Source: Candidatus Solibacter sp. (lineage in GTDB: Bacteria; Acidobacteriota; Terriglobia; Bryobacterales; Bryobacteraceae). From it: a stretch of 42,038 nt of DNA. How positions within the stretch are numbered: position 1 is the first letter of the stretch; each line of letters opens with the position of its first letter. The stretch covers positions 1 through 42,038 of the forward strand of contig JANYJN010000228.1 in NCBI GenBank assembly GCA_025358475.1, given 5' to 3'. This document shows, one piece after another, positions 25,756-35,307 of the stretch. Under the pieces are notes generated by a model that was not told the DNA's origin, searched no databases, and saw nothing but the letters and a program-made list of their open reading frames with translations. Both the position numbers and the translations under genes were made by a program.

Positions 25756-27363
25756 TTAATGCCACTCCCACTCGATGAAACCCGGCTTCGCCGCTGTCAT
25801 AGCGTTTACAATCAACTCCGCCAGACCACCGTACAGAATCTTGTGTTTGTTCCACAGATCGTAATAAGCCAGCAGATCCCGGATCTGGCCCTTGCAATTG
25901 CTGCACGGCGCGCAGACGTACTTGGGCGTCTCCGGCTCCAGGCATCCGGAGAATGCGTTCAGGATCTGTTGCAGTTTCTTGCGGCCCGCAACATGGAATC
26001 GCCAATCCGGGAAATTGGTCCCGCTCATGATCGCGAAACCGCTTCCGCCGCCACAACAGTAGTTGTCCACTCCGTGCGGTGTCATTTCCCGGAATTGGGG
26101 GCAGATCTTGCGGAGGATTTCCCGCTGCGGTTCCACTACCCCCATCAGCCTCACCATATTGCAGGGATCGTGCAGCGTCACCGGAAAATCATTGCGGCTG
26201 GGATCTAGTTCCAGGCGCCCGCTCATGACGATGTCGCGGAGCAGCGCCATGGAGCTTTCGCGCCGTACGTTCATGTCACCCGTCAGAATGCGGTCGGCGA
26301 TCACCGACAGCGCCTTGTGGGCGTGGCCGCACTCGCCGATTACAATCTTCTTCACCTTCAGCTTGCGGGCGATCTCGGCGTGCTTCAGCGCAACCCTGGC
26401 AAATTGGGCGTCGTCGTACCACAGGCCGTAGTTGATGGCGTCGTATCCGGCCATCTCCGACGATAGCGTCCACTTGATTCCGGCCGCCGTCAGGATTAGG
26501 GCGAATGCTCCTGGATTCTCAGGCCAGGCCAGAATTTCGCCGGCATTGTGAAGCAAAAGGACATCCGCTCCTTCCACATCCCACGGTGTCTCGATTTTGA
26601 TCCCGGTCTTTTCCGACGTGTCCTCGTCAATGAACTCCATGTTGTCTTTCACTGCCGCCGGAGTCATGCCGGTGGACGAGCCCGTCTTGAGTTGCAGCAT
26701 CGAGCCGTTATCGTGGATTTCCTTCGGCGCGATACCCATCTCCATGCTGAACAGCTTGCGCAACTCGTGCGCCACCAGACCATTGTCGGCGCCGACCGGG
26801 CAGGTTTGCGCACATCGCCGGCACAGATTGCAGCGGTAGGACAATTCGATCAGGCGCGCCACCAGCGGCCAGTTGAGTTCGATGTCGCCATGCTGCAGCG
26901 CCGACAGCAATCCGCCGCCTTTGACGTGTTTGAAGTACAGCCGGCGCAGAACTTCGGAGCGAAAAGTAGGCCGGTACACCTCATTGCGCCCGCTGGCTTC
27001 GAAGATGTGGCAGGAGTCCGCGCAGGTCTGACAGCGCGTGCAATGTTCCATCGTAAGGATGAGCGGCTGCAGGAACGTCCAATTGTTCTCCTTGGAGAAC
27101 AGCTTATCCAGGCCCGCGGCGAACTGGCGCACCAACACTTGTTCTTCTTCGAGCGATTTGGGCCGCGGAATTGAGACCGCGCAGGTATTGTCCAGCGAGC
27201 ATTCGCATGCCTCTATCGTCCGCGGCGCCAGGGGCTTCCAGCTTTTGTCCTTGCCGGGCGAGTCGAACGGCGCGGGCAGGGGCATCAACTCCTCGTTGAC
27301 TACGTGAGTCAGGGGCTCCCGCGACGCGCGGGAGATATCTGTGAGTTTCAGGTCGGCGCTCAT
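25756..27363 (-). CDS. DsrK-like / HdrD-like CCG-domain iron-sulfur protein (second copy)
   Basis: Two ferredoxin-type motifs (CTRCQTCADSC and CNLCRRCAQTCP) and CCG-domain blocks (HDPCNMVRL, NYCCGGGSGF, CAPCSNCKGQ). ATG 27363 overlaps the upstream stop. Confidence 0.75.
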   Translation of the reverse strand: MSADLKLTDISRASREPLTHVVNEELMPLPAPFDSPGKDKSWKPLAPRTIEACECSLDNTCAVSIPRPKSLEEEQVLVRQFAAGLDKLFSKENNWTFLQPLILTMEHCTRCQTCADSCHIFEASGRNEVYRPTFRSEVLRRLYFKHVKGGGLLSALQHGDIELNWPLVARLIELSYRCNLCRRCAQTCPVGADNGLVAHELRKLFSMEMGIAPKEIHDNGSMLQLKTGSSTGMTPAAVKDNMEFIDEDTSEKTGIKIETPWDVEGADVLLLHNAGEILAWPENPGAFALILTAAGIKWTLSSEMAGYDAINYGLWYDDAQFARVALKHAEIARKLKVKKIVIGECGHAHKALSVIADRILTGDMNVRRESSMALLRDIVMSGRLELDPSRNDFPVTLHDPCNMVRLMGVVEPQREILRKICPQFREMTPHGVDNYCCGGGSGFAIMSGTNFPDWRFHVAGRKKLQQILNAFSGCLEPETPKYVCAPCSNCKGQIRDLLAYYDLWNKHKILYGGLAELIVNAMTAAKPGFIEWEWH

Positions 27364-28268
27364 TTATTCGTTCCTGTATTGGGATTAGTCGTGGCCACCT
27401 CCGCCCAGGTCGCTTTGCCGTCGGCGCCGACGTGCCGGGCGGACCAAGTGGGCTTATACGCTAAGCATTCGGCGACTTTCGCCTCAAGCGAGCGCTCATT
27501 CCGGTTTGGCTTGTCGTCCCAACGCACCGCGTGATAGGTGAAATATTTGCCAATGAAATGCGCCATGTGCGTCATCGGGATGTAGAGGATCAACGCCGCG
27601 GCTACGGCCAACGCCCCTGCCAGTGCCGCCGGCAGTTCCAGGCTGGTATCGAACGCCAGCAAACCGCGCAGGATGGCGCGCACGCTCGGTGCCGCGGGAG
27701 ACTGGGACCCGTACGCAAACAACAGGCCGGAGACAGTGCCGATAAAGCAGCAGAGATTGAATACGTCCCCCGGCGTGGTGTAGTTTCTTAGCTTCGGGTC
27801 TCTCAGACGCCGCCAGAGCAGGCCGGCCGCCCCGGCCAGCACCAGGACCGCTCCGGCCAGTCCCGCGGCTTTATACAGAGGATGAAGCCATGGCGTGAGC
27901 GCCGGCGCCACCGCTGCAACACTGGCGGTCACGCCCGTGAAGATCAGCAGATATAAGCCGAGGTGGAAAGGATAGGAGCGGAACCACAGGCTCCGGTTAA
28001 ATTCCCAGACGCCCTTAAGAAACAGGATCTCGCATCCCATGGCCTTCAATTCACCAAGCAGGTTGGGGCGTGCGGACCGCGTCCACCAGTCTGTATCCTC
28101 ATAGCGGGAGCCACCGTAAGCGGCCCGTCGCGCCTCCTCGTGGGGAACCGGGTACAATTCCCAACGAAGATGCAGGGGATACCGGGCGTACCGCAATGCC
28201 CGCACCACGCAAGCGGTCAGCGAGACCAGAAGACAGGCGTAAATCCATCCGTAAAGCAAAGCAGTCAC
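27360..28268 (-). CDS. DsrM-like (NarI/HmeC-type) integral-membrane cytochrome b (second copy)
   Basis: RYARYPLHLRWELYPVPHEE N-terminal block, multiple TMS with conserved His (YPFHLG, MTHMAHF). GTG start at 28268 is preceded by GGAGGA. Confidence 0.7.
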   Translation of the reverse strand: MTALLYGWIYACLLVSLTACVVRALRYARYPLHLRWELYPVPHEEARRAAYGGSRYEDTDWWTRSARPNLLGELKAMGCEILFLKGVWEFNRSLWFRSYPFHLGLYLLIFTGVTASVAAVAPALTPWLHPLYKAAGLAGAVLVLAGAAGLLWRRLRDPKLRNYTTPGDVFNLCCFIGTVSGLLFAYGSQSPAAPSVRAILRGLLAFDTSLELPAALAGALAVAAALILYIPMTHMAHFIGKYFTYHAVRWDDKPNRNERSLEAKVAECLAYKPTWSARHVGADGKATWAEVATTNPNTGTNK

Positions 28269-28286
28269 TTACAATCCTCCAGAAAA

Positions 28287-29684
28287 TCAAACCAGCGCGC
28301 GACGGCTAGCGCTATAGGCCGCGGCGGCTTTCGCGACGCCATCCGCCCAGGCCGGCACACCCAGCGCGTGTATGTGTGTGTAACTGGCCCAGACATTACC
28401 CGCTAACGCGCCATCGCGGCCTTTAAAACATCCGGCACCGCGCTCCACGGAGCATGCGGTGGGCGGCGGATCGCAGCCCGCCACGACCCGGGAATAGTGA
28501 AATTCGTGTCCCTTAATCTCCAGGCCCACCGGATAAAACGGGTTCGGCCGGTCCACTTTCAACCGCACATAGCCGTGGCCCTGAGGCGAGGGGCACATTT
28601 CCACTTCGAACGGCAGCACGCCCGACATCGGATGCGAGCGCCCGCCACTCCGTATGGCCCGCGACAGCAACATCAGCCCGCCGCATTCGGCATAAATGGG
28701 CAAACCCCGAGCCGCCCCGTCATTCAGCGCCCGCAGGAATGGGGCATTGCCAGAGAGCGCGTCCACGTGCGTTTCCGGGAATCCGCCGCCGATGTAGAGC
28801 GCGTCCAGTTCCCCCGGTAGATCCTGCGCCGTCAGCGAATCAATGGGCGCGAGCTTGGCTCCGGCCGCTTCCAGCGCCTCCAGGTTTTCAGGATAATAAA
28901 ACGTAAAAACGCGGTCCTTGATGTAGCCGACCGTCAGATTGCGCGGCTTAGTTCCGGCGCCCATGACGTTATCGCGGACCATCATGTTGGCGGAACGCGC
29001 GCAAGCGAGGATTCCCTCAAGGTCCAGGCAATCCCCGACGCCTGTGAGCAACTGCTCCCCTAGCGCGCCGGCCGAGGGATGATCGCCGGGAGTCACGAGC
29101 CCCAGGTGCCGCCCCGGCATCAGGCAGGTGCGCAGCCTGGGCACCGAGCCGAGTACCGGAATGCCGCAGATCTGTTCGATGGACTCGCGCAGGATGCGCT
29201 CCTGGCGCGCCGTCCCCACCTCATTCAGGATGACTCCCGCGAACCGCACGTCCGGATCTAGTCTCTGGCAACCCAATGCGCAAGCCGCCACCGTCCTCGT
29301 GGCCTTGGTCGCATTGATCACCAGGAGCACCGGTGCGTCGATCGCCTTGGCAAGTTCCGCCGTGCTGTGGGTGCCCCGTACGTCGGTGCCATCGAACACG
29401 CCGCGGTTCCCTTCGATGACATTCAGTCCGTCCACGCAGCCATGCGCCGCGAACGATGCTGCCGCGCCATCGAAACCCATCAGGTAAGTATCCAGGTTTC
29501 GCGCGGTATGCCCCGATGCCCAAGCCAGCCACGCGGTGTCGATGTAGTCCGGCCCTTTCTTGAAGGCACGCACGGCGACCCCGGCACGCCGGGCAGCCAA
29601 AGCCAGACCAAGAGATACAAGCGTCTTGCCTGCGTCTCCGGCCAGCCCGGCCACCACCACCCTGGGAATCGAAACCGATTGCAT
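28287..29684 (-). CDS. dsrN: Cobyrinic acid a,c-diamide synthase-type amidase, DsrN
   Basis: Start set at ATG 29684 (MQSVSIPRVVVAGLAGDAGKTLVSLGL, the nucleotide-binding loop). It has KKGPDYID and a C-terminal glutamine amidotransferase domain with YAECGGLMLL. It lies within the dsr locus. Confidence 0.8.
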   Translation of the reverse strand: MQSVSIPRVVVAGLAGDAGKTLVSLGLALAARRAGVAVRAFKKGPDYIDTAWLAWASGHTARNLDTYLMGFDGAAASFAAHGCVDGLNVIEGNRGVFDGTDVRGTHSTAELAKAIDAPVLLVINATKATRTVAACALGCQRLDPDVRFAGVILNEVGTARQERILRESIEQICGIPVLGSVPRLRTCLMPGRHLGLVTPGDHPSAGALGEQLLTGVGDCLDLEGILACARSANMMVRDNVMGAGTKPRNLTVGYIKDRVFTFYYPENLEALEAAGAKLAPIDSLTAQDLPGELDALYIGGGFPETHVDALSGNAPFLRALNDGAARGLPIYAECGGLMLLSRAIRSGGRSHPMSGVLPFEVEMCPSPQGHGYVRLKVDRPNPFYPVGLEIKGHEFHYSRVVAGCDPPPTACSVERGAGCFKGRDGALAGNVWASYTHIHALGVPAWADGVAKAAAAYSASRRALV

Positions 29685-29700
29685 CGCTGGGCCAAAAGCT

Positions 29701-29913
29701 CTATTCCGGAGCCGCTCCTTCTTTGTGCGGCAGCTCCACGTAAGAGCCGCCGAAATAACTGTACACGCACCGTTCTGCGTCGATGAGCAGGCGCAGCGCC
29801 TGCTTGCAGTCGTCCTTCGTGCACGTGGCACCGTGTTTGACGATCATGGCTTTCGTTAGATCGCCCGCCTTGAGATTCTTCTTCCCCGCGGATTCCGCGA
29901 CCAACTTATACAT
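29701..29913 (-). CDS. dsrD: Small DsrD-like winged-helix protein (70 aa)
   Basis: KQALRLLIDAERCVYSYFGGSYVEL parallels Desulfovibrio DsrD KKILTALVNDEVLEYWSSGSTTMYGL. The size and dsr context fit. This rests on similarity recalled from memory, not a search. Confidence 0.5.
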   Translation of the reverse strand: MYKLVAESAGKKNLKAGDLTKAMIVKHGATCTKDDCKQALRLLIDAERCVYSYFGGSYVELPHKEGAAPE

Positions 29914-29944
29914 GTCTTCCGCGAGTGCTTCCCTACTGATTGTG

Positions 29945-31159
29945 CTAATGGGACACCTCCAATAAGTTCTTATCTACAGCCCGCAGAGGGGCTGCCCTGC
30001 CGGCCAAGCCACCCCGGACCAATATCGCAAGCTTAATCAACACCGTCGCGACAAGCGCACCAAGGGCCCAGATTCCGGCGGCAATCGCTATCTCCGGAGC
30101 AGTTGGAGCGTACCCGGTCACGGCGCCCATTGGCGATGGCACGAAGCCGCCCACCACCATCGCCACTCCCTTGTCGATCCAAAGCGAGACGAAGACGAAA
30201 ACGCAGGCCAATGCCAACGTCCGATGATTCTCCCTGGTCGCCGGCCGGAGTAAAAGCACCAGCGAGAGAATCGCCAGGCCGGCCGAAACCCACATCCACG
30301 GCACCAGTGAGAAGTGGCCATCCAGCCCCAGATAGAGATAGCGGAAATGCTCCGCGTCCCCGGGTATGCCGCTGTAGAGAGCGGTGAAAAGTTCCAGTAG
30401 GACGAAGAACACGTTCAGGAGCATGGCGTAAGTTGCGATCACGGCCAGCTTCCGTACGGCTTCCCCGCCCGCCTTGACGTGGGTCAGTTTGCTCAGCAGC
30501 AGCCAGAGCAGAATCAGAAGCGCGGGTCCGGAGGCAAACGCCGAAGCGAGAAACCGCGGCGCGAGGATCGCCGTCAGCCAGAAAGACCTGCCCGGCAGCC
30601 CGCAATACAGAAACGCCGTCACCGTGTGGATGCTCACCGCCCACGGAATCGACAGCAGGATCAGGGAACGGATCCATGTGGGTGGAGGAAGCTCCCTGCG
30701 CTCCGCAGCCAGCGTCACGGAGGCGATGATGGTGTTCAACAGGAGGTAGATGCTGAGCGAAACCATGTCCCAGAACATCATCGACTGGGGCGCCGGATGC
30801 AGCATCACGTTCAAAACCCGGGCCGGTTGGCCCATGTCTGCGAAGATGAACAGCATGCACATGAGCACGGCCGAGATGGCCACGAACTCGCCGAGTATCA
30901 ACATGGGCCCAAAGGCCTTATAGTCGTGCAGGTAGTACGGCAGGACCACCATTACGGCCGAAGCGGCGATGCCCACCGTGAAAGTGAACTGCGCGATGTA
31001 GAGTCCCCAGGTGATGTCGCGGCTCATACCAGTGACCGCCAGGCCATAGTCCAGTTGGCGTAGATAGCAGGCAAATCCGGTCGCGATCACTGCCGCCAGG
31101 CAAAGCAACCAGATCCGGTACGCCCGTCCGCCCGACACTGTTTTTTCCAGTCGCAACAT
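29945..31159 (-). CDS. dsrP: DsrP, NrfD/PsrC-type integral membrane quinone-interacting subunit
   Basis: About ten TMS, the NrfD-like block GLAVTGMSRDITWGLYIAQFTFTVG, and a position after dsrO. Confidence 0.85.
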   Translation of the reverse strand: MLRLEKTVSGGRAYRIWLLCLAAVIATGFACYLRQLDYGLAVTGMSRDITWGLYIAQFTFTVGIAASAVMVVLPYYLHDYKAFGPMLILGEFVAISAVLMCMLFIFADMGQPARVLNVMLHPAPQSMMFWDMVSLSIYLLLNTIIASVTLAAERRELPPPTWIRSLILLSIPWAVSIHTVTAFLYCGLPGRSFWLTAILAPRFLASAFASGPALLILLWLLLSKLTHVKAGGEAVRKLAVIATYAMLLNVFFVLLELFTALYSGIPGDAEHFRYLYLGLDGHFSLVPWMWVSAGLAILSLVLLLRPATRENHRTLALACVFVFVSLWIDKGVAMVVGGFVPSPMGAVTGYAPTAPEIAIAAGIWALGALVATVLIKLAILVRGGLAGRAAPLRAVDKNLLEVSH

Positions 31160-31168
31160 ACCATTGCC

Positions 31169-31888
31169 TCAGAGGATGTAGAATACCGACGGCCGTGTGC
31201 CGAGCTCGGTCCGCCGCCGCAGGCCGTAGCGCGCACTGAGCAGGGTGCGGATTTCCGAACGCGGATCGTTCAGGTCGCCGAAAATCAGCGCCTTTTCCGG
31301 GCACGCCTCGCTGCACAGGGGCGCCTTACCCACATCCAGCCGCTCCACGCAGAACGTACACTTCTCCACCACACCCTTCGTGCGGCAGGGATACGCGGCA
31401 TTGACGGAACGGATGTGCGGCCTCGGATCGCTCCAATTAAAACTTCGCGAACCGTAAGGGCAGGCTGCCATGCAGTAACGGCAGCCGATGCACCGGTGCC
31501 AGTCCATCATCACGATTCCATCCGGCCGCTTGAATGTAGCGCCGGTCGGGCACACCCGCGTGCAAGGCGGGTTTTCGCAATGATTACACATCACCGGTCC
31601 GGACGCATTCTCGAGCCTGGCGGGAAGATATTCGGAGGGGAACACCTTGGAAAAGCGCTCTTTCCAGACCCACTTCACTTCGCGCCGGGCATCCGGAATT
31701 GTGGGAACGTTATGCGTCAAATGGCAGGCGTCGGTACACAACGTGCATCCTTCGTCCTTCGCGCAATTGCGGTGGTCGATCGCCATTCCCCAGCGCGGTC
31801 CGTTAGGCTTGGATCTGGCTCCCTTGGCCGCCAGCGCCACGAACGGCAAGGCCGCGAATTTGACAAAAGTCTTTCTCGAAATGTTCAT
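31169..31888 (-). CDS. dsrO: DsrO, Tat-exported 4x[4Fe-4S] ferredoxin-like subunit
   Basis: ATG 31888 overlaps the dsrJ stop (ATGA). Signal MNISRKTFVKFAALPFVALAA; cluster motifs CNHCENPPCTRVCP, CIGCRYCMAACP and CTFCVERL...CSEACP. Confidence 0.85.
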   Translation of the reverse strand: MNISRKTFVKFAALPFVALAAKGARSKPNGPRWGMAIDHRNCAKDEGCTLCTDACHLTHNVPTIPDARREVKWVWKERFSKVFPSEYLPARLENASGPVMCNHCENPPCTRVCPTGATFKRPDGIVMMDWHRCIGCRYCMAACPYGSRSFNWSDPRPHIRSVNAAYPCRTKGVVEKCTFCVERLDVGKAPLCSEACPEKALIFGDLNDPRSEIRTLLSARYGLRRRTELGTRPSVFYIL

Positions 31889-32283
31889 CGCGCAGTCCTC
31901 ACGGCGTTTCCGGGCGAGTTGTGACAATCCCAGCAGTAGGCCGCCCGCACTCCCACGTAAGAGTGGCAGCGGTCGCAGAATTTCGCCCGGTCTTGATGGC
32001 ACTGGGACAGGCACGTGCCCGTCAGGCTGATGTCATAGGTCTTACCGCCGGGGCTGGTATAGCGGCGGACTCCCGTGCGCACCACCTGGTCTCTCCAGGA
32101 GTCCAGCATGCGCATGTGATACGCCTTCATGTACTTGACAGGCGCCACGCATTGCTTGCCGGGCGGCAATTGGAGCGCCGGCCTGGCAGCGGCTCTTAGG
32201 GTAGCCGCGTTGTACCAGAAAGGAAAGCTGGCGATCACGAGGAACACCGCCAGACCCGCGAGAATGATTGGCTGGTCACGCAC
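31885..32283 (-). CDS. dsrJ: DsrJ, membrane-anchored periplasmic triheme cytochrome c
   Basis: N-terminal anchor IILAGLAVFLVIASF and three heme-c motifs: CLSQCH (CX3CH), CDRCH and CWDCH. GTG start at 32283 overlaps the dsrK stop by 8 nt. Confidence 0.85.
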   Translation of the reverse strand: MRDQPIILAGLAVFLVIASFPFWYNAATLRAAARPALQLPPGKQCVAPVKYMKAYHMRMLDSWRDQVVRTGVRRYTSPGGKTYDISLTGTCLSQCHQDRAKFCDRCHSYVGVRAAYCWDCHNSPGNAVRTAR

Positions 32284-33889
32284 CTGCCTGCTCCGTTTGC
32301 GGCGCGAAAGGCTGTCCGCGAAGATCGGTAGTGCGTTCCTTCTCTCCGCTCATCACCAGCGCGTTGCCCAGCAGTTCGTGGACGCCGGCCACTTCCACGC
32401 CGGGCACCCAGTATTCCAGCAGCGTGGGAAGCGTCGCCTTGTCGATCGCGCAGATGCAGGAAAGTAGGTTGACGCCGAATTTCTCCTTCACGTACTTCAC
32501 CGCGTTTGCTCTTGGGAAGCCGCCGCGCATGCGCATCTCGAAGTTTTCGTCGGTCCCAATTCCAGAGCCGCTGCCGCAGCAGAAGGTCTGCTCGCGGATC
32601 GTGTTCTCCGGCATTTCGTGAAACCGGTCGCAGACATTCCGGATGATGTAGCGAGGCTCTTCCAACATGCCCATCGCCCGCGCCGGGTTGCAGGAGTCGT
32701 GGTAAGTGACGTTCCAATGCGCGTTGCGGGCCGGGTCCAGCTTTAGCTTGCCGTGCCGGATCAGGTCCGCCGTGAATTCGCAGATGTGGACCATCTTCGT
32801 GGACCGCGCGTTGTCGAACGCCGTGCCCGTGACCGGGGAAACCGGAGGCTGCAGAAAATCCGCCGGACCGTTCATCGTATCCATATACTGGTTCACGACG
32901 CGCCACATATGTCCGCATTCGCCGCCCAGTATCCACTTGACGCCAAGCCGGCGGGCCTCGCTGTACATCTTCGCGTTCAGCCGCTTCATCATCTCATTGG
33001 AGGTGAACAGCCCGAAATTGCCTCCTTCGGATGCATAGGCGCTGAAGGTGTAGTCGAGCCCCACTTCATGGAACAGCATGAGGTACCCGAGCAGCGTGTA
33101 GTAGTGCGGGGAGCCGAAGTAATCGGCCGACGGAACGACGAATAGGACCTCGGCGCCCTTCTTGTTGATGGGCGCTTCCACGCGGACGCCGATCATCTCC
33201 TCAATCTCGTCCACCGCGAAGTCGATGCTGTCCTTAAACCCGTGCGGTTGGATCCCGAGGTGATTGCCCACGCGGTAGCAGTTGGCCACCGGTTCCTGCA
33301 CCCAATGGATGTTGCAGCCCACCAGGTTCAGAAGTTCGCGTACGATCATGGTGATTTCGGCGGTATCGATTCCGAAGGGGCAGAACACCGAACAGCGGCG
33401 GCACTCGGTGCACTGGTAGAAGTAGTAGAACCACTCCTTCAGCACGTCCTCGGTCAAGTCCCGCGCGCCGGCCAATTTCCCGAGTATCTTACCGGCGGCG
33501 GTGAAGTAGCGCCGGTAGACGGAGCGGATCAGTTCCGCCCGCAGCACCGGCATGTTCTTGGGATCGCCGGAGCCGATGTAGAAGTGGCACTTGTCCGCGC
33601 AGGCGCCGCATCGCACGCAGATATCCATGAACAGGCGGAAGGAGCGGAAGCGCTCCAAGCGGTCCCGCATGCCCTCCAGAACGATCTCTTTCCAATCGGG
33701 CGGCAGTTTCCAATCGGCGTCGGAGGGCTTCCAATTGCGCGCGTTGGGCATCCCCACCTGATCCAGGCTCTTCGGCAGCGCGCTATTGCAATAGGCGCCC
33801 TTCCGATAATTGGCGCTCGGCTCGAGCCAACTCCCCGAAGGAGGCGTGTTGTCGATCTGAACCAGTTCGTCCGGCTTTGGCCACGCCAT
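32276..33889 (-). CDS. dsrK: DsrK, cytoplasmic CCG-domain (HdrD-like) iron-sulfur subunit
   Basis: CVRCGACADKC, CTECRRCSVFCP, HDSCNPARAMG and TFCCGSGSGIG. Confidence 0.9.
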   Translation of the reverse strand: MAWPKPDELVQIDNTPPSGSWLEPSANYRKGAYCNSALPKSLDQVGMPNARNWKPSDADWKLPPDWKEIVLEGMRDRLERFRSFRLFMDICVRCGACADKCHFYIGSGDPKNMPVLRAELIRSVYRRYFTAAGKILGKLAGARDLTEDVLKEWFYYFYQCTECRRCSVFCPFGIDTAEITMIVRELLNLVGCNIHWVQEPVANCYRVGNHLGIQPHGFKDSIDFAVDEIEEMIGVRVEAPINKKGAEVLFVVPSADYFGSPHYYTLLGYLMLFHEVGLDYTFSAYASEGGNFGLFTSNEMMKRLNAKMYSEARRLGVKWILGGECGHMWRVVNQYMDTMNGPADFLQPPVSPVTGTAFDNARSTKMVHICEFTADLIRHGKLKLDPARNAHWNVTYHDSCNPARAMGMLEEPRYIIRNVCDRFHEMPENTIREQTFCCGSGSGIGTDENFEMRMRGGFPRANAVKYVKEKFGVNLLSCICAIDKATLPTLLEYWVPGVEVAGVHELLGNALVMSGEKERTTDLRGQPFAPQTEQAGA

Positions 33890-33891
33890 GG

Positions 33892-34815
33892 TTATTGCTT
33901 CTCCAGCGGGATTCCGGCGGTTCTCATCTTATCTCGAAACTCGTCTTCGAACTGTTCGTAAGTGTGTAACTCGACGGCCGGATTCCACGGGTTCACATGC
34001 CGCTTCATGCGGCTGTTATTGGCCAGATTCCGGGTGGGGCTCAGGAAACTTCCGCCCATGTGCATCAGCTTGCTGAACGGGAACCAGGCGAGCAGTAAGC
34101 TGAGCGTCGCCACGTGAAAGTAAAAAAGCGCGCCCGCATCGGACGGCAGCGCCGGCGACATGGTTGCCAGCCCCAGCGCGTACCGTTTTATTTCCACGAT
34201 GTTCACGCGCGCGAAATAGCGCATGAGGATTCCCGAGCCGGCCAGCGCGAGCAGCAACCCCAGCGCGAAGTAATCGCTGGGAAGCGAGAGATAGCGCAAT
34301 TGCGCTTGCGCCAGCCGCCTGCCTAGCAGGTAAAGCAGCGCAACCAACAGAATCGCGTCCGTCGCGTAGACCACCGGCATTCCGGCCTGGAAAAACCCAT
34401 CCAGCGACTGCAGCGCCAACACCCATCTGGGGGTTGGTTGCAGGAAAAGGCGAAGATGGCGCAGCAGCACGATCAGAAAAGACCAGTGAAACGCCAGCGC
34501 ACCCAACCAAAGCCAGCCGGAGGGTGAGTAGACCAGGCGGGAACCCAGCCGCTCCGGCCGGTGATTGCGCAGCAGCGAACGAAATACCAGCACTTCCGAA
34601 GCCACGCGCGCCACGGCGCCGGCGGTTGTGTAGGGGTTCTCCAGCCAGGAAGCTTTAATCCAAGGCAACGACTTCTGCTGACCGCAGGTGGTGGGAATGC
34701 GGAATGGAACCGGCGCGCGGGACCAACTCAGCACGCGGTAGCCGATGCCCACAAAAAACGCCAGCAAGGCCGCGTAGGGAAGGCCGACCGCAAGAATCAT
34801 GCGCAGTTCCATCAT
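33892..34815 (-). CDS. dsrM: DsrM, NarI-like membrane diheme cytochrome b
   Basis: TMS with paired His (AFHWSFLIVLLRHLRLF and a second set near FYFHVATLS...KLMHMGG). ATG 34815 overlaps the dsrT stop (ATGA). Confidence 0.85.
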   Translation of the reverse strand: MMELRMILAVGLPYAALLAFFVGIGYRVLSWSRAPVPFRIPTTCGQQKSLPWIKASWLENPYTTAGAVARVASEVLVFRSLLRNHRPERLGSRLVYSPSGWLWLGALAFHWSFLIVLLRHLRLFLQPTPRWVLALQSLDGFFQAGMPVVYATDAILLVALLYLLGRRLAQAQLRYLSLPSDYFALGLLLALAGSGILMRYFARVNIVEIKRYALGLATMSPALPSDAGALFYFHVATLSLLLAWFPFSKLMHMGGSFLSPTRNLANNSRMKRHVNPWNPAVELHTYEQFEDEFRDKMRTAGIPLEKQ

Positions 34816-35297
34816 GATTTGGACATTCTTTCGAGCAGAAACCTCCGCCGGCGGGCTTCATTCACCCGCAGCGTCAACAGTCTCTCGCGGCATTGCGTGA
34901 AGGCGTCAAAGGCCATCAGCGCCAGTTGATCGATCTTATTCTCGTGATCGATCCTGCGCTCATTGCAGCCGGACCGCTCTTGTAGCAGCGGCTTCAGCAG
35001 GAACACGAACGATACGGCTTGGGAGGCCGAAGACTCCTGAACCGCCCGGATGCTGAGCAAGTCGTCCAGCACCTGCCGGGCCGTGTCGCATTCGGCCTCG
35101 CCGAGAGCCACGTCCAGCAGCACGGGGAGTCCTTCGCGAAGCGCGTAGCCCACCGGATTAAGGAACCTGTCTTCCCGGCCGAGCAGAACCTGGGCCGTCG
35201 GCTCGGGATACATTTGCACGGTGCGCTCCAGCCAGGCGCTACAGATGGCGCGCTTGTCCTCAACCGGAACGATGTCTTTAGGCCGGGAAACTGCCAC
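34812..35297 (-). CDS. dsrT: DsrT (RsbRD N-terminal-domain protein of dsr loci)
   Basis: AWLERTVQMYPEPTAQVLLGREDRFLNPVGYALREGLPVLLD matches the RsbRD_N/DsrT pattern. GTG start at 35297 is preceded by AAGGAG. Confidence 0.7.
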   Translation of the reverse strand: MAVSRPKDIVPVEDKRAICSAWLERTVQMYPEPTAQVLLGREDRFLNPVGYALREGLPVLLDVALGEAECDTARQVLDDLLSIRAVQESSASQAVSFVFLLKPLLQERSGCNERRIDHENKIDQLALMAFDAFTQCRERLLTLRVNEARRRRFLLERMSKS

Positions 35298-35307
35298 GAC
35301 TACTCCT

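Noticed and set aside
31889-32014. Upstream extension of the dsrO ORF. The same applies to dsrB 37799-37888, dsrN 29685-29831, Gfo 13822-13893 and TonB receptor 18303-18326.
   Set aside because: The extensions overlap the preceding genes. Internal ATGs give the expected Tat signal or conserved N-termini and tight stop/start coupling.
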